Assembly: GCA_049510745.1 (NCBI GenBank) | Contig: JBEKYR010000063.1 | Coordinates: 1 to 19,909, forward strand | Length of the DNA: 19,909 nucleotides | Direction of reading: 5' to 3' | DNA from: Verrucomicrobiota bacterium | Lineage (GTDB): Bacteria > Verrucomicrobiota > Verrucomicrobiia > Limisphaerales > Palsa-1400 | In this document: positions 7,535-16,355 of the stretch, one piece after another | Layout: every line of letters starts with the position of its first letter | How positions within the stretch are numbered: the stretch's first letter is position 1 | Translations under genes and position numbers: made by a program | Notes under the pieces: generated by a model | What the model was told of the DNA's origin: nothing | The model's database searches: none | What the model saw: only the letters and a program-made list of their open reading frames with translations

Positions 7535-8695
7535 TCAGCGTTGAAAGGACTTGGCGAAATCCTCGTTCGACGTTTGGACCACTTTCTTCTCGAATGTCGA
7601 GGCGGCGATCAATTCGTTGAGCTTTTTCTCGTAGGCGGCGCCGTCCAGGGGCAGTTCCACCGTTTGCCCGATCAGGCCGGAGTAGAGGAGCACGTTGGCC
7701 AGTTCGACGGAGTGGATTCCCTCCTCGCCGGGCGCGATCAGGGGCGCGCCGTCCAGGATCGCGTCCACAAAATTTTGGGTCAGGGCGGCGTGCTGGGCCG
7801 GTTCACTGGAGAAGGGAATCTCGATGTTCCACACCGCGGGTTTTTGAAAGCCCAGCTTGGAGGTTTTGCACTGCTCGAACATCGAAACCTCGTTGCGGGT
7901 GAAGAGCAATTTGTCATTTTCCAGCAGCAGTCTGCCCATCTCACCCGCGATCTCCAGGCGGTTGGTGCCGGGCGCCTCGCCGGTGGTCGAGACGAACACC
8001 CCGGCACCGCCGTTGGCAAATTCCAGGTAGGCGGTGACGTTATCCTCGACCTCGATGTGATGGAAGCGGCCCAATTGCACGAAGGAGCGAACGCGGGCGG
8101 GCATGCCCAAAAGCCATTGCAACAGGTCCAGTTGATGGAGGCACTGGTTGATGAGAACGCCGCCGCCCTCGCCCCGCCACGTCGCGCGCCAGCCCCCGCT
8201 GGCATAGTAAGCCTCGGAGCGGAACCAATCGGTCATGATCCAGGAGAAGCGGACGATCTGCCCCAAATCGCCGTCGGTGAGCAGTTTTTTGATTTTGGCG
8301 TAGCGGGATTCGGTGCGCAATTGGAACATGGCGGCGAAGACCTGCCCGGGGTGCTGCCGGCGCACCGCGATCAGCCTTTCGGCGTCGGCCTTGTGGGCGG
8401 AGATCGGTTTTTCCACCATGACGTGCAGCCCCGCGTTGAGCGCCGCAATGCCAAGGGAGGTGTGCTGGTAATGCGGCGTGGCCACAATCACGGCATCGAC
8501 TTCTCCCGATCGAATCAATTCCCCGCCGTCGGCAAAGACCTTCAATCCCCGCTGTTCGTATGGGGGAAGTTTATCGGCAAAGGCGTCGGAGACGGCTTTC
8601 AGCTCGCACCGTTTGACCTTGCCCTCCAGCAGGTAGCCCGCGTGGTGGCTGCCGATGTTTCCCAAGCCGATAATGCCGAGACGAACTGGTTTCAT
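7535..8695 (-). CDS. Gfo/Idh/MocA family NAD(P)-dependent oxidoreductase
   Basis: Likely start MKPVRLGIIGLGNIG at 8695; DAVIVATPH, HVMVEKP and GGGVLINQCLHQLD motifs. Confidence 0.93.
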   Translation of the reverse strand: MKPVRLGIIGLGNIGSHHAGYLLEGKVKRCELKAVSDAFADKLPPYEQRGLKVFADGGELIRSGEVDAVIVATPHYQHTSLGIAALNAGLHVMVEKPISAHKADAERLIAVRRQHPGQVFAAMFQLRTESRYAKIKKLLTDGDLGQIVRFSWIMTDWFRSEAYYASGGWRATWRGEGGGVLINQCLHQLDLLQWLLGMPARVRSFVQLGRFHHIEVEDNVTAYLEFANGGAGVFVSTTGEAPGTNRLEIAGEMGRLLLENDKLLFTRNEVSMFEQCKTSKLGFQKPAVWNIEIPFSSEPAQHAALTQNFVDAILDGAPLIAPGEEGIHSVELANVLLYSGLIGQTVELPLDGAAYEKKLNELIAASTFEKKVVQTSNEDFAKSFQR

Positions 8696-8773
8696 TGATG
8701 GCTCAAGTATCAGGCGGATGAAAGAGGGCATTCAAGCAGATTTCGCCGGAGGCGGTCCGTTTTTTTCATTAGA

Positions 8774-8802
8774 TTGCGAAGAAGAGTGCGGCGGGGTATC
8801 TT
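8774..8802 (+). promoter_or_regulatory. Sigma70-like promoter upstream of the NlpC/P60 gene
   Basis: TTGCGA-N17-TATCTT. Confidence 0.4.
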
Positions 8803-8832
8803 GGGCCGGCGATGGTCGAGAAATGGTGTTCG

Positions 8833-10026
8833 ATGACAACGAAAAGGGCGCGGGCTTTGCTGGCGGCCGGCTGTGGGCTGGCGCTGGCGGCCGGGTGCTC
8901 AAGCCCGCGCGACCACGCCGAAAATTACACCGAAACAAACGCCGTGTCCCCAGCCGTCCAGGCCGCCCAAGCCGCGCTCCAAAGCGTGAAGGCCAAATTC
9001 GCGCCGGATAGTCATCTGGCCATTTTCAACCTCAAAGCGGCGGAGGAGGGCCGCAGCATCATCGTCGAAGGGGATGTGGAAAGCAGCGCCGCCAAAGAAG
9101 AAGCCATCGCCGCAGTGGCCCGGACGGGGCGCAACGTGGTTGACCGCGTCACCGTCCTGCCCGCCGCCAATCTGGGCGACCGCATTTGGGGCATCGCCGC
9201 GCTCAGTGTGATCAATGTGCGCGAAAAGCCGGGAAACACGTCGGAAATGGGCACGCAAATGTTGATGGGCGATGTCTTCAAGGTTTGGAAGAAGCAGACC
9301 AATTGGTTCCTCGTCCAGAGCGGCGACCGTTACCTGGGCTGGGCGGAAGGGGGCGGCTTTGTCACCTGCGCGCGGGAGGAAGTCAATCATTGGAATTCCT
9401 CGCCGCTTTTGATCGTGACCGCCTTTGAGGAACGCATTTTGGAGCAACCCGACCCGGCGGCCCTGCCCGTGGCGGATGTCGTCATGGGCGGCCGGGTGCG
9501 GCGCGCCGGCGAAACCGACGGCTGGTGGAAGGTGGAATTGGCCGACGACCGCGCCGGCTGGCTGCCGAAAACGGCGGCGACGGATTACGCGGAGTGGCGG
9601 CGGAGCCGGCGGGCGACGCCGGAAAACATCGAACGCACGGCCAAGTCGTTTCTGGGGCGGCCCTATTTTTGGGGCTGCAATTCCATCCGTGGCATGGATT
9701 GTTCGGGCTTCACCAAGATGGTGTTTTTTCTCAACGGCATCGAGTTGAACCGCAACGCGTCCGAGCAGTGCCGGCAAGGGGTGGAAGTGGCGTTGGATGC
9801 GGACCTGAAAAATCTCAAGAAAGGCGACCTGCTCTTTTTCGGACGGCGCGCCACGCGGCGCGGGCCGGAAAGAATCGGCCACGCCGGGATTTATCTTGGG
9901 GACAAACTGTTCATTCACTCGTCCGAGAGCGTGCATCTCAGCAGCCTGGACCCGGCCTCGCCTTTGCGCGACGAGCCGCGCATCCGTTTGCTGCTCCACG
10001 CGCGGCGGCTGCTGCCGGATTCCTGA
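8833..10026 (+). CDS. NlpC/P60 (C40) peptidoglycan peptidase lipoprotein with BON-like and SH3b domains (YkfC/dipeptidyl-peptidase VI-like)
   Basis: Lipobox LAAG-C after MTTKRARALL; BON-like IIVEGDVES...VVDRVTV; two SH3b-like segments (NVREKP...YLGW and WWKVEL...GWL); catalytic GRPYFWG, DCSG, HAGIY, FIHSS. Alternative start at 8812. Confidence 0.9.
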   Translation: MTTKRARALLAAGCGLALAAGCSSPRDHAENYTETNAVSPAVQAAQAALQSVKAKFAPDSHLAIFNLKAAEEGRSIIVEGDVESSAAKEEAIAAVARTGRNVVDRVTVLPAANLGDRIWGIAALSVINVREKPGNTSEMGTQMLMGDVFKVWKKQTNWFLVQSGDRYLGWAEGGGFVTCAREEVNHWNSSPLLIVTAFEERILEQPDPAALPVADVVMGGRVRRAGETDGWWKVELADDRAGWLPKTAATDYAEWRRSRRATPENIERTAKSFLGRPYFWGCNSIRGMDCSGFTKMVFFLNGIELNRNASEQCRQGVEVALDADLKNLKKGDLLFFGRRATRRGPERIGHAGIYLGDKLFIHSSESVHLSSLDPASPLRDEPRIRLLLHARRLLPDS

Positions 10027-10172
10027 CGCGCGGCTGTCTGGTCCGGCCGCTCGAAGATTCTTATTTTTGTTCCGCGGCGTTCACCAGGCTTTCCAAGAGC
10101 GGTAATGCCTCAGTGACGGCGGGAAAAAGCAGAGTCTAAAACAATTCTCATTTCGCCGTCTGCATATTTTCC

Positions 10173-10202
10173 TTGACAAATAGAGAGAATCGACCCTAGC
10201 AT
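10173..10202 (+). promoter_or_regulatory. Near-consensus sigma70 promoter
   Basis: TTGACA (10173-10178)-N18-TAGCAT (10197-10202). Confidence 0.45.
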
Positions 10203-10234
10203 ACCCGCACTGCGGCTTTCAGTGCGGGTATGCT
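10198..10234. repeat. Perfect 15-bp inverted repeat with 7-nt spacer
   Basis: AGCATACCCGCACTG-cggcttt-CAGTGCGGGTATGCT. Confidence 0.95.
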
Positions 10235-10324
10235 CAATTTCGCATTTCCCCCCATCACTAAGGCATTACAAGAGCGGCTTTTCCGCGTTTGTTGTCTGGC
10301 AAACGATGAAGTATCCTGCAAACC

Positions 10325-10528
10325 ATGAAACGCGAAGAGATTATCCGGGACATTGATGGGCTGGAAACAGAATTGGCGGCCCTGGAGGAGCAGTATGGCC
10401 TGCTGTCCGCCGATTTCTACCATTTCTATCGGGCCGGAGAATTGGAGCAGACGCGCGATTTCATCCGCTGGGCGGGCTTCTATGAGGCAAAACAGGAGCG
10501 TGAAGCGTCCTATCGAGAACTCGTATAA
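10325..10528 (+). CDS. Small hypothetical protein resembling antitoxins paired with DUF6516/TumE toxins
   Basis: 67 aa with pattern LEEQYGLLSADFYHFYRAGEL...DFIRWAG; TATCCT 7 nt upstream of the ATG. Family call is from recall only. Confidence 0.6.
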   Translation: MKREEIIRDIDGLETELAALEEQYGLLSADFYHFYRAGELEQTRDFIRWAGFYEAKQEREASYRELV

Positions 10529-10529
10529 C

Positions 10530-13500
10530 CTACCGGGAATCTATTGGCGTCGTGGACTGCGGCTGAATGGCGGGTTGTGGCGCGTCGAGCCGGCGGCGGA
10601 TGGCCAGGAAGATCGCTTCGCAGGTGGCGGGCGCGGGCAGCGGGGCCTGGCCGCCCGGCGGGCCGAAGGCGGCGATGGCGTCGCGAAGGGCTTCGCGCAC
10701 GGAAAGGGCCAGCATCAGCGGCGGTTCGCCCACCGCTTTGCTGCCGTAAATGACATTTTTTTGCGCGGCGTTTTGCAGCAGCGTGACGTTGAAGACCAAG
10801 GGCGTGTCGCCGATCGAGGGTATCTTGTAGGTGTCGGGCGAATGCGTCAGCAGCCGGCCTTGATCGTCCCACTTTAATTCCTCGGTCGTCAGCCAGCCCA
10901 TGCCTTGGATGAAGCCGCCTTCAATCTGGCCGCGGTTGACGCCTTCGTTGATCGAGTCGCCCGCGTCCTCAAGCAGGTCCACGCGCAAGACGCGGTGCAT
11001 GCCGGTAAAAGCGTCCACCTCGACTTCCGCCGCCGCCGCGCCATAGGCAAAATAATGAAACGGCCTGCCCCGGCCCGCGGCCCGGTCCCAATGAATCCCC
11101 GGCGTGGCATAGTAGCCGGCGGCGGAAAGACTGACCCGGTCCAGGTACGCTTGCTTGACAACGTCGGCAAACGCCACCCGCCGGCCCGGCGCGCCCGCAA
11201 CAGAAATCGCTCCGTCCGCGAAGACGAGTTTTTCCGCGCCGGACGAAAGTCTCGCGGCCGCGGCCGCCGCCAGGCGCTCCCGCAGGATTTCGCAGGCGTT
11301 CTTGACAGCGGCGCCGTTGAGGTCCGTGCCGGCGGAGGCGGCGGTGGCGGAGGTGTTTGGGATTTTCTCGGTGCTGGTCGGCATGACGCGGATGCGCTCC
11401 GGCGGCAGGCCCAGCTCGGCGGCGGCGATGGCACGGATGTTGGTGTGAATGCCCTGGCCCATCTCCGTCCCGCCGTGGTTTACCTGAACGGAGCCATCCT
11501 GGTAAATGAGCACCAACGCGCCTGCCTGGTTGAGATGGGAGACGGTGAAACTGATGCCGAATTTGACCGGCGTCATGGCCAGTCCGCGCTTGCGATGGGG
11601 ATGGGCGGCGTTCCATCGCGCCACCTCCTGGCGGCGGGCCTGGAAGGCGCTGGACTCCTTCAAATCGTGCCAGATCGTTTGCAGGCGGTTGTCCTCCAGC
11701 TCCTGGCCGTAAGGGGTGGTGTTCGTTTCGCCCCGGCCGCGATAGAGATTGCGTTCGCGCACCGTTTCGGGCGGCAACCCCAGCCGCCGCGCCACGCGGT
11801 CGAGTATCTCCTCGATGATCAACATGCCTTGCGGCCCGCCAAAACCGCGGAAGGCGGTGTTGGAGGAGAGGTTGGTCCTGGCCACCTGGCCGCGGAACTC
11901 GGCGGCCGGAATGAAGCAGGAGTTGTCAAGATGAAACAACGCCCGGTCGGTGATCGCCTGCGAGAGGTCCATCGCCCAGCCGCCGTTGGACCAGAGGTGA
12001 ATGCGCGCCGCCCGCAGCACGCCCCCGGCATCAAAGCCCACGCGAAAGCGGGCCAGGAACGGATGGCGATGGCCCAGCAGGGCCATGTCCTGGTCGCGAT
12101 TCAAACGCACCCGCGCGGGGCGTCCGGTCTGGCGGGCGGCCAGCGCGGCCAGCGCGGCCGGGGTGGCGGCCTGGGTTTCCTTGCCGCCAAAACCTCCGCC
12201 CATCCGCGGACATTGCACGACGACTTTGTTGGCGGGCAGATTCAGCACGCGGGCGACGACTTGCTGGACTTCGGACGGGTGCTGGGTCGAGGAGGTGACG
12301 AGCATCGCGCCGTCCTCGCCCGGTTCCGCACACGCGGCGTGGGTTTCGAGATAGAAATGTTCCTGGCCGGCCAGCTCGAATTCTCCTTCCAGGCAGAACG
12401 GCGACTGCTCCAGGGCGGCGGCGACATCGGCGCGCCGGATGAAGTTCGGTTCGTTGTGGAATGAGTTCTCCGCCAGGGCCTGCGCGATCGTCAGCACCGG
12501 CGGCAACGGTTGGTATTCGACGACGACCTTTTCCGCCGCCGCGCGGCAGGCAGCCTGCGATTGGCCGACGACCAGCGCCACGATCTGGCCATGGAAAAAC
12601 ACTTCCTTGTCCGCCAGGAGGATTTCGTCCTTCTTGACACCGCCAACGTTGTTGGCGCCCGGGACATCCTCGGCCAGCAGGACGGCGCGGATGCCGGGCA
12701 GGAGGCGCGCTGCGGAAGCGTCGCGGCGGAGTATCCTGGCGCGGGCGTGCGGCGCGCAAACCGGCCAGGTTTCCAGCACGTCTTTGCCCGCGGCCTGGTC
12801 GTCGGTGTAAATGGCCTGGCCGGTGACGTGGAGGTGGGCGCTTTCGTGTGCCGGAGCGCGCGAAGCGCCGCCGGCGGTCAGCGCCGGCGCGGTGGACGGT
12901 TCCTCGAAGCCGTCTTCGTGGAAAAATTTCTCGAACAAACTCGTGATCAAAGCGCGGCGGTATTCGGCCGAGCCGCGCACGTCGGAGATCGGGGTGAATT
13001 CCGCCCGCAGGATGGGCAGGACGCCAGCGACGGTTTGCGCGGACCATGGCTGGCCCGGCAACGCCGCCTCGGCGCGCAACGCGCGCGCGGGCATGGCCGC
13101 CACGCCGCCATACGCCAGTCGCGCGTGGCGGATGATGTTCCGGCGGTCCACATCGACGACGAAACAGCCGGCCACGATGCTGATGTCCACTTCCCGGCGG
13201 CGGGAAACCTTCAACCAGCGGCTGTGCCGGATCAACCCGGCCTCCGATGGGCCGCGCGGAAGGACGATGGATTTGAGCACTTCGCCCGGTTGCAGGGCCG
13301 TTTTGCGGTAACTGGCAAAGAATTGGTGGAGGGGCAGCACGCGCTCGCCCGCCAGACTGGCGAGCACGACGCGCGCGTCGCAAGCCAGGAGCAGCGGCGC
13401 GCTGTCGCCGATGGGCGAGGCGGTGGCGAGGTTGCCGCCCAGGGTGGCGCGATTCCGAATCTGGCGCGAACCGAACACCCGCAGCATGTCGCCCACCGCC

Positions 13501-14327
13501 GGGAACTCGCCGGCCAGCGCCTCCTCGATCTGCGTCACCGTGGCGGCGGCGCCCAAGTGCCACTCGGCGGCGGTGGCCTTGATTTCCCGCAGTTCGGGGA
13601 CGGCTTCTACCGAAACCAGGGCCGGAAATTTTTTGTAGAACTTGGCCATGTCGAGGCCCAGTTCGGTCGCCCCGGCGATCAGGCGCGCGCCGGGGACTCG
13701 CCGCAGCAGCGCGAGCAAATCGGCCAGCGAGGCCGGGCGGAAAAACTGCTCGCCGTCGCACTCGTATTCCAGCGCTGCCAGGGGCGGGCAGGGCGCGGCC
13801 AGACGCCCGGCCAGCGGGTCTTCAGCGTTGGCGGCGTGGCGTTGGGCGAAAGCGGCGGCGGCGGCGGCGCGGATGGGCCGGTAGCCGGTGCAGCGGCAGA
13901 GATTGCCGGCAAGCTGGTCGTCCAGGTCGCCGGCGGTTTTGAGATCGTCGCGGTAGTAGCCCTCCAGCAACGAGCAGATGAAGCCGGGAGTGCAGTAACC
14001 GCATTGCGAGCCGTGGCGCTCCACCATTTCGCGCTGCACGGGATGAAGGCCGCGCGGGCCGGCGACGCCTTCGACGGTGAGGATCTCCCGCCCCGCCAGG
14101 AGGCAGACGGGCGCCAGGCAACTGTTGATGGCGCGATAGGTGGTTTTGCCGCGCGCGTCCTTGTCAAGAAGGAGGACGGAGCACGCCCCGCAATCGCCTT
14201 CGGCGCAGCCTTCCTTGGAGCCGGTCAGGCCGGCGGCGCGGAGGAATTCGAGCAGCGTGGTGTTGGGGGAGCATCGTTCCGCGCGGATGGGGCGGCCGTT
14301 CAAAATAAACTCAAGCGCGGCGGCCAT
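10530..14327 (-). CDS. xdhAB: Xanthine dehydrogenase, fused XdhA (2Fe-2S + FAD) and XdhB (molybdopterin)
   Basis: GCAEGDCGAC, QCGYCTPG and NLCRCTGY Fe-S motifs; FAD domain AGATEL and QIRNRATLGGN; Moco domain QEHFYLE, GGGFGGKETQ, AFRGFGGPQG, FGISFT, SKAVGEPP. All in one uninterrupted frame, likely start ATG 14327. Confidence 0.95.
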   Translation of the reverse strand: MAAALEFILNGRPIRAERCSPNTTLLEFLRAAGLTGSKEGCAEGDCGACSVLLLDKDARGKTTYRAINSCLAPVCLLAGREILTVEGVAGPRGLHPVQREMVERHGSQCGYCTPGFICSLLEGYYRDDLKTAGDLDDQLAGNLCRCTGYRPIRAAAAAAFAQRHAANAEDPLAGRLAAPCPPLAALEYECDGEQFFRPASLADLLALLRRVPGARLIAGATELGLDMAKFYKKFPALVSVEAVPELREIKATAAEWHLGAAATVTQIEEALAGEFPAVGDMLRVFGSRQIRNRATLGGNLATASPIGDSAPLLLACDARVVLASLAGERVLPLHQFFASYRKTALQPGEVLKSIVLPRGPSEAGLIRHSRWLKVSRRREVDISIVAGCFVVDVDRRNIIRHARLAYGGVAAMPARALRAEAALPGQPWSAQTVAGVLPILRAEFTPISDVRGSAEYRRALITSLFEKFFHEDGFEEPSTAPALTAGGASRAPAHESAHLHVTGQAIYTDDQAAGKDVLETWPVCAPHARARILRRDASAARLLPGIRAVLLAEDVPGANNVGGVKKDEILLADKEVFFHGQIVALVVGQSQAACRAAAEKVVVEYQPLPPVLTIAQALAENSFHNEPNFIRRADVAAALEQSPFCLEGEFELAGQEHFYLETHAACAEPGEDGAMLVTSSTQHPSEVQQVVARVLNLPANKVVVQCPRMGGGFGGKETQAATPAALAALAARQTGRPARVRLNRDQDMALLGHRHPFLARFRVGFDAGGVLRAARIHLWSNGGWAMDLSQAITDRALFHLDNSCFIPAAEFRGQVARTNLSSNTAFRGFGGPQGMLIIEEILDRVARRLGLPPETVRERNLYRGRGETNTTPYGQELEDNRLQTIWHDLKESSAFQARRQEVARWNAAHPHRKRGLAMTPVKFGISFTVSHLNQAGALVLIYQDGSVQVNHGGTEMGQGIHTNIRAIAAAELGLPPERIRVMPTSTEKIPNTSATAASAGTDLNGAAVKNACEILRERLAAAAAARLSSGAEKLVFADGAISVAGAPGRRVAFADVVKQAYLDRVSLSAAGYYATPGIHWDRAAGRGRPFHYFAYGAAAAEVEVDAFTGMHRVLRVDLLEDAGDSINEGVNRGQIEGGFIQGMGWLTTEELKWDDQGRLLTHSPDTYKIPSIGDTPLVFNVTLLQNAAQKNVIYGSKAVGEPPLMLALSVREALRDAIAAFGPPGGQAPLPAPATCEAIFLAIRRRLDAPQPAIQPQSTTPIDSR

Positions 14328-14335
14328 GAATAACG

Positions 14336-15589
14336 TCAAGACGATTGTTCAATCCACCGCATTGTTTTCTCCGCCAGCCTGTCAAACGCCGTCACGCACT
14401 CTTCGAGGTGCTCCTCCCGCGTGTCCTCGATTTTGTTGTGGCTGATGCCATGCAGGCTTTGCACGAACATCATCACCGTGGGCACGCCCGCCCGCGCCAC
14501 TTCGGCCGCGTCGTGCAGCGGACCGGAAGGCAGCCGGTGACTTTGGCCGCAGGTCTGCCGGATGGCGTCGTCGCAAAAGCCGATCAGCGTGGGGTGAAAG
14601 AGGACCGGGTCGATTTGCCACAGGCGCTCCCAGGAAACGCGCACGTTGCCCTCCTCGGCGAAGCGCTGGCTGGCCTGGCGGGCGTCCGCCAGCATGGCAG
14701 CCAGGGCGGCCGCGTCCAGATGGCGCTGGTCCAGCGTGATGCGGCATTCTTCGACCACGCTGGTGACGATGCCCGGCTTGGTGACGCACGAGCCAATCGT
14801 GCAAACGCCGCCGTGACGGCCGGCGATCTGATAAATCTCTGGACTCATCTTGGCGGCGGCCAGGAAGGCGTCCTTGCGGCGGTTCATGGGCGTGCTGCCG
14901 GAATGGGCCGCCTGGCCGTGGAAGGTCAGGGCGTGGCGTTCGACGCCGAAGGTGCCGAGCACCGCACCCAGCGGCAAACCGAGGTCCAAAAGCACCGGCC
15001 CCTGCTCGATGTGCAATTCCAGGTAAGCGGCGGCGTTCTTGAGTTCCTTCCCGCTCTCCCCGGCCCGCTCCAGGTCAACACCAATTTCCTTCAAGGCGTC
15101 CGGCAGTCGGATGCCGTCCTTGTCCTTGAGGACGCGGGCTTCGGCGAGGTTGAGATGGCCCGAGCAGGCGGAGGAGCCGAAGAGGCTCTTGCCGAAGCGG
15201 GCCCCTTCCTCGTCAGCCCAATCGACCAGGCGGACGGTGACGGGGGGTTGGCCGGAGAATTGGGCGTTGATGCGGCGGAGCACTTCAACGCCCGCCAGGA
15301 CGTTGAGGCAGCCGTCGAGCCAGCCGCCGTTGGGCACCGAATCGATATGGCCGCCGATGAGCAGCGCGCGGTCCGACTGGCCGCGCAGCGTGGTCCAGGT
15401 GTTGCCGGCGGCGTCGTTGTGGATTTCGACGGGGAGGGCTTCGAGTTTTTGGCGCAGCCAGGCGCGGGCGGCGAGCCAGGTCTGGGTGAAGGCGACGCGC
15501 TGGGCGCCGTTCTCATCACCGGTCAGGGCGCGAAGTTCCTTCAACTCGGCCACGGTGCGTTTCGGGTTCAAAGACGCTTTCACGGGCAT
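14336..15589 (-). CDS. Zn-dependent M20 amidohydrolase (hydantoinase/carbamoylase family; allantoate/ureidoglycolate amidohydrolase-like)
   Basis: GGHIDSVPNGGWLDG, DEEGARF, ELHIEQGP, HSGSTPM, HDA and SHNKIED motifs; 8 nt upstream of the xdh start. Confidence 0.9.
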   Translation of the reverse strand: MPVKASLNPKRTVAELKELRALTGDENGAQRVAFTQTWLAARAWLRQKLEALPVEIHNDAAGNTWTTLRGQSDRALLIGGHIDSVPNGGWLDGCLNVLAGVEVLRRINAQFSGQPPVTVRLVDWADEEGARFGKSLFGSSACSGHLNLAEARVLKDKDGIRLPDALKEIGVDLERAGESGKELKNAAAYLELHIEQGPVLLDLGLPLGAVLGTFGVERHALTFHGQAAHSGSTPMNRRKDAFLAAAKMSPEIYQIAGRHGGVCTIGSCVTKPGIVTSVVEECRITLDQRHLDAAALAAMLADARQASQRFAEEGNVRVSWERLWQIDPVLFHPTLIGFCDDAIRQTCGQSHRLPSGPLHDAAEVARAGVPTVMMFVQSLHGISHNKIEDTREEHLEECVTAFDRLAEKTMRWIEQSS

Positions 15590-15613
15590 GATAGCCTTTG
15601 TTTCGGCGCTTTC

Positions 15614-15641
15614 ATTGTAGCCGGATGGCAGCGGATGACAA
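15614..15641 (-). promoter_or_regulatory. Sigma70-like promoter of the amidohydrolase-xdh operon
   Basis: Minus strand TTGTCA-N16-TACAAT, 24 nt before the ATG. Confidence 0.5.
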
Positions 15642-15728
15642 TGAAATTAAGGACGCCGGGAAACTTTCCGCTTTTAAACTTCCGCCGCCTTCTCCAACCT
15701 GACGGAAACGGAAGAAGATCAAAAACGC

Positions 15729-16355
15729 TTGCAATCCGGCGCTTACATTTTAACGGTGGCCGTCTCCTATTTGCTGGGGTCGGCGCCCTCGGGCTATCTG
15801 GCGGGGAAGGCGCGGGGCATCGATGTGCGCGCGCTGGGCAGCGGCAACATCGGCGCGACCAATGTCTTTCGGGTGCTGGGCACCACGGCGGGCATCGCGG
15901 TGCTGGCGTGCGATGCGTTGAAAGGATTTGTGGCGGCGCGCTGGGTGCCGGCGCTGGCGCTGCATTTCTTTTCCTCCCCCGGCGCCTCGCGCGAGGGCCT
16001 CGCGCTGGCGGCCGGCGCGGCGGCGATCCTGGGACATAATTTCCCCTGCTGGCTTGGGTTCAAGGGGGGCAAAGGCATCGCCACCTCCGGCGGGGTGGTT
16101 TTGGCCTGGGCACCGGCAGCCTGTCTGACCGCGCTGGCGCTGTGGGGATTGGTTTTTGCGGCCAGCCGGTATGTTTCGCTGGCCTCGATCGCGGCCGCGC
16201 TCATTCTGCCGTTGGCCGTCTGGTTTTGGAACGGCAGCGCGACCATGACCGCGGTGATGGCGGCGTTGAGCCTGCTGGCCATTTACAAGCACAAGGCGAA
16301 CGTGCGCCGTCTGCTCGACGGGACGGAGCATCGATTTGTCAAGAATAAAACATGA
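15729..16355 (+). CDS. plsY: Glycerol-3-phosphate 1-O-acyltransferase PlsY
   Basis: YLLGS, GSGNIGATN, GHNFP, FKGGKGIAT and HKANVRRL motifs; hydrophobic; TTG start. Confidence 0.96.
   Translation: MQSGAYILTVAVSYLLGSAPSGYLAGKARGIDVRALGSGNIGATNVFRVLGTTAGIAVLACDALKGFVAARWVPALALHFFSSPGASREGLALAAGAAAILGHNFPCWLGFKGGKGIATSGGVVLAWAPAACLTALALWGLVFAASRYVSLASIAAALILPLAVWFWNGSATMTAVMAALSLLAIYKHKANVRRLLDGTEHRFVKNKT

Noticed and set aside
10061..10151. Minus-strand MRIVLD (PIN-toxin-like start) and a frameshifted tail VTEALPLLESLVNAAEQK* as toxin debris
   Set aside because: Only six suggestive residues, the expected TN after D is absent, and the frame closes after 13 codons; indistinguishable from chance without a search.
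6751..16039. Long alternative-frame ORFs (e.g. 7406..8698, 10905..12464, 12031..13761, 12510..14333, 14345..16039)
   Set aside because: Antisense or off-frame shadows of well-supported genes in GC-rich DNA, with no motifs of their own.
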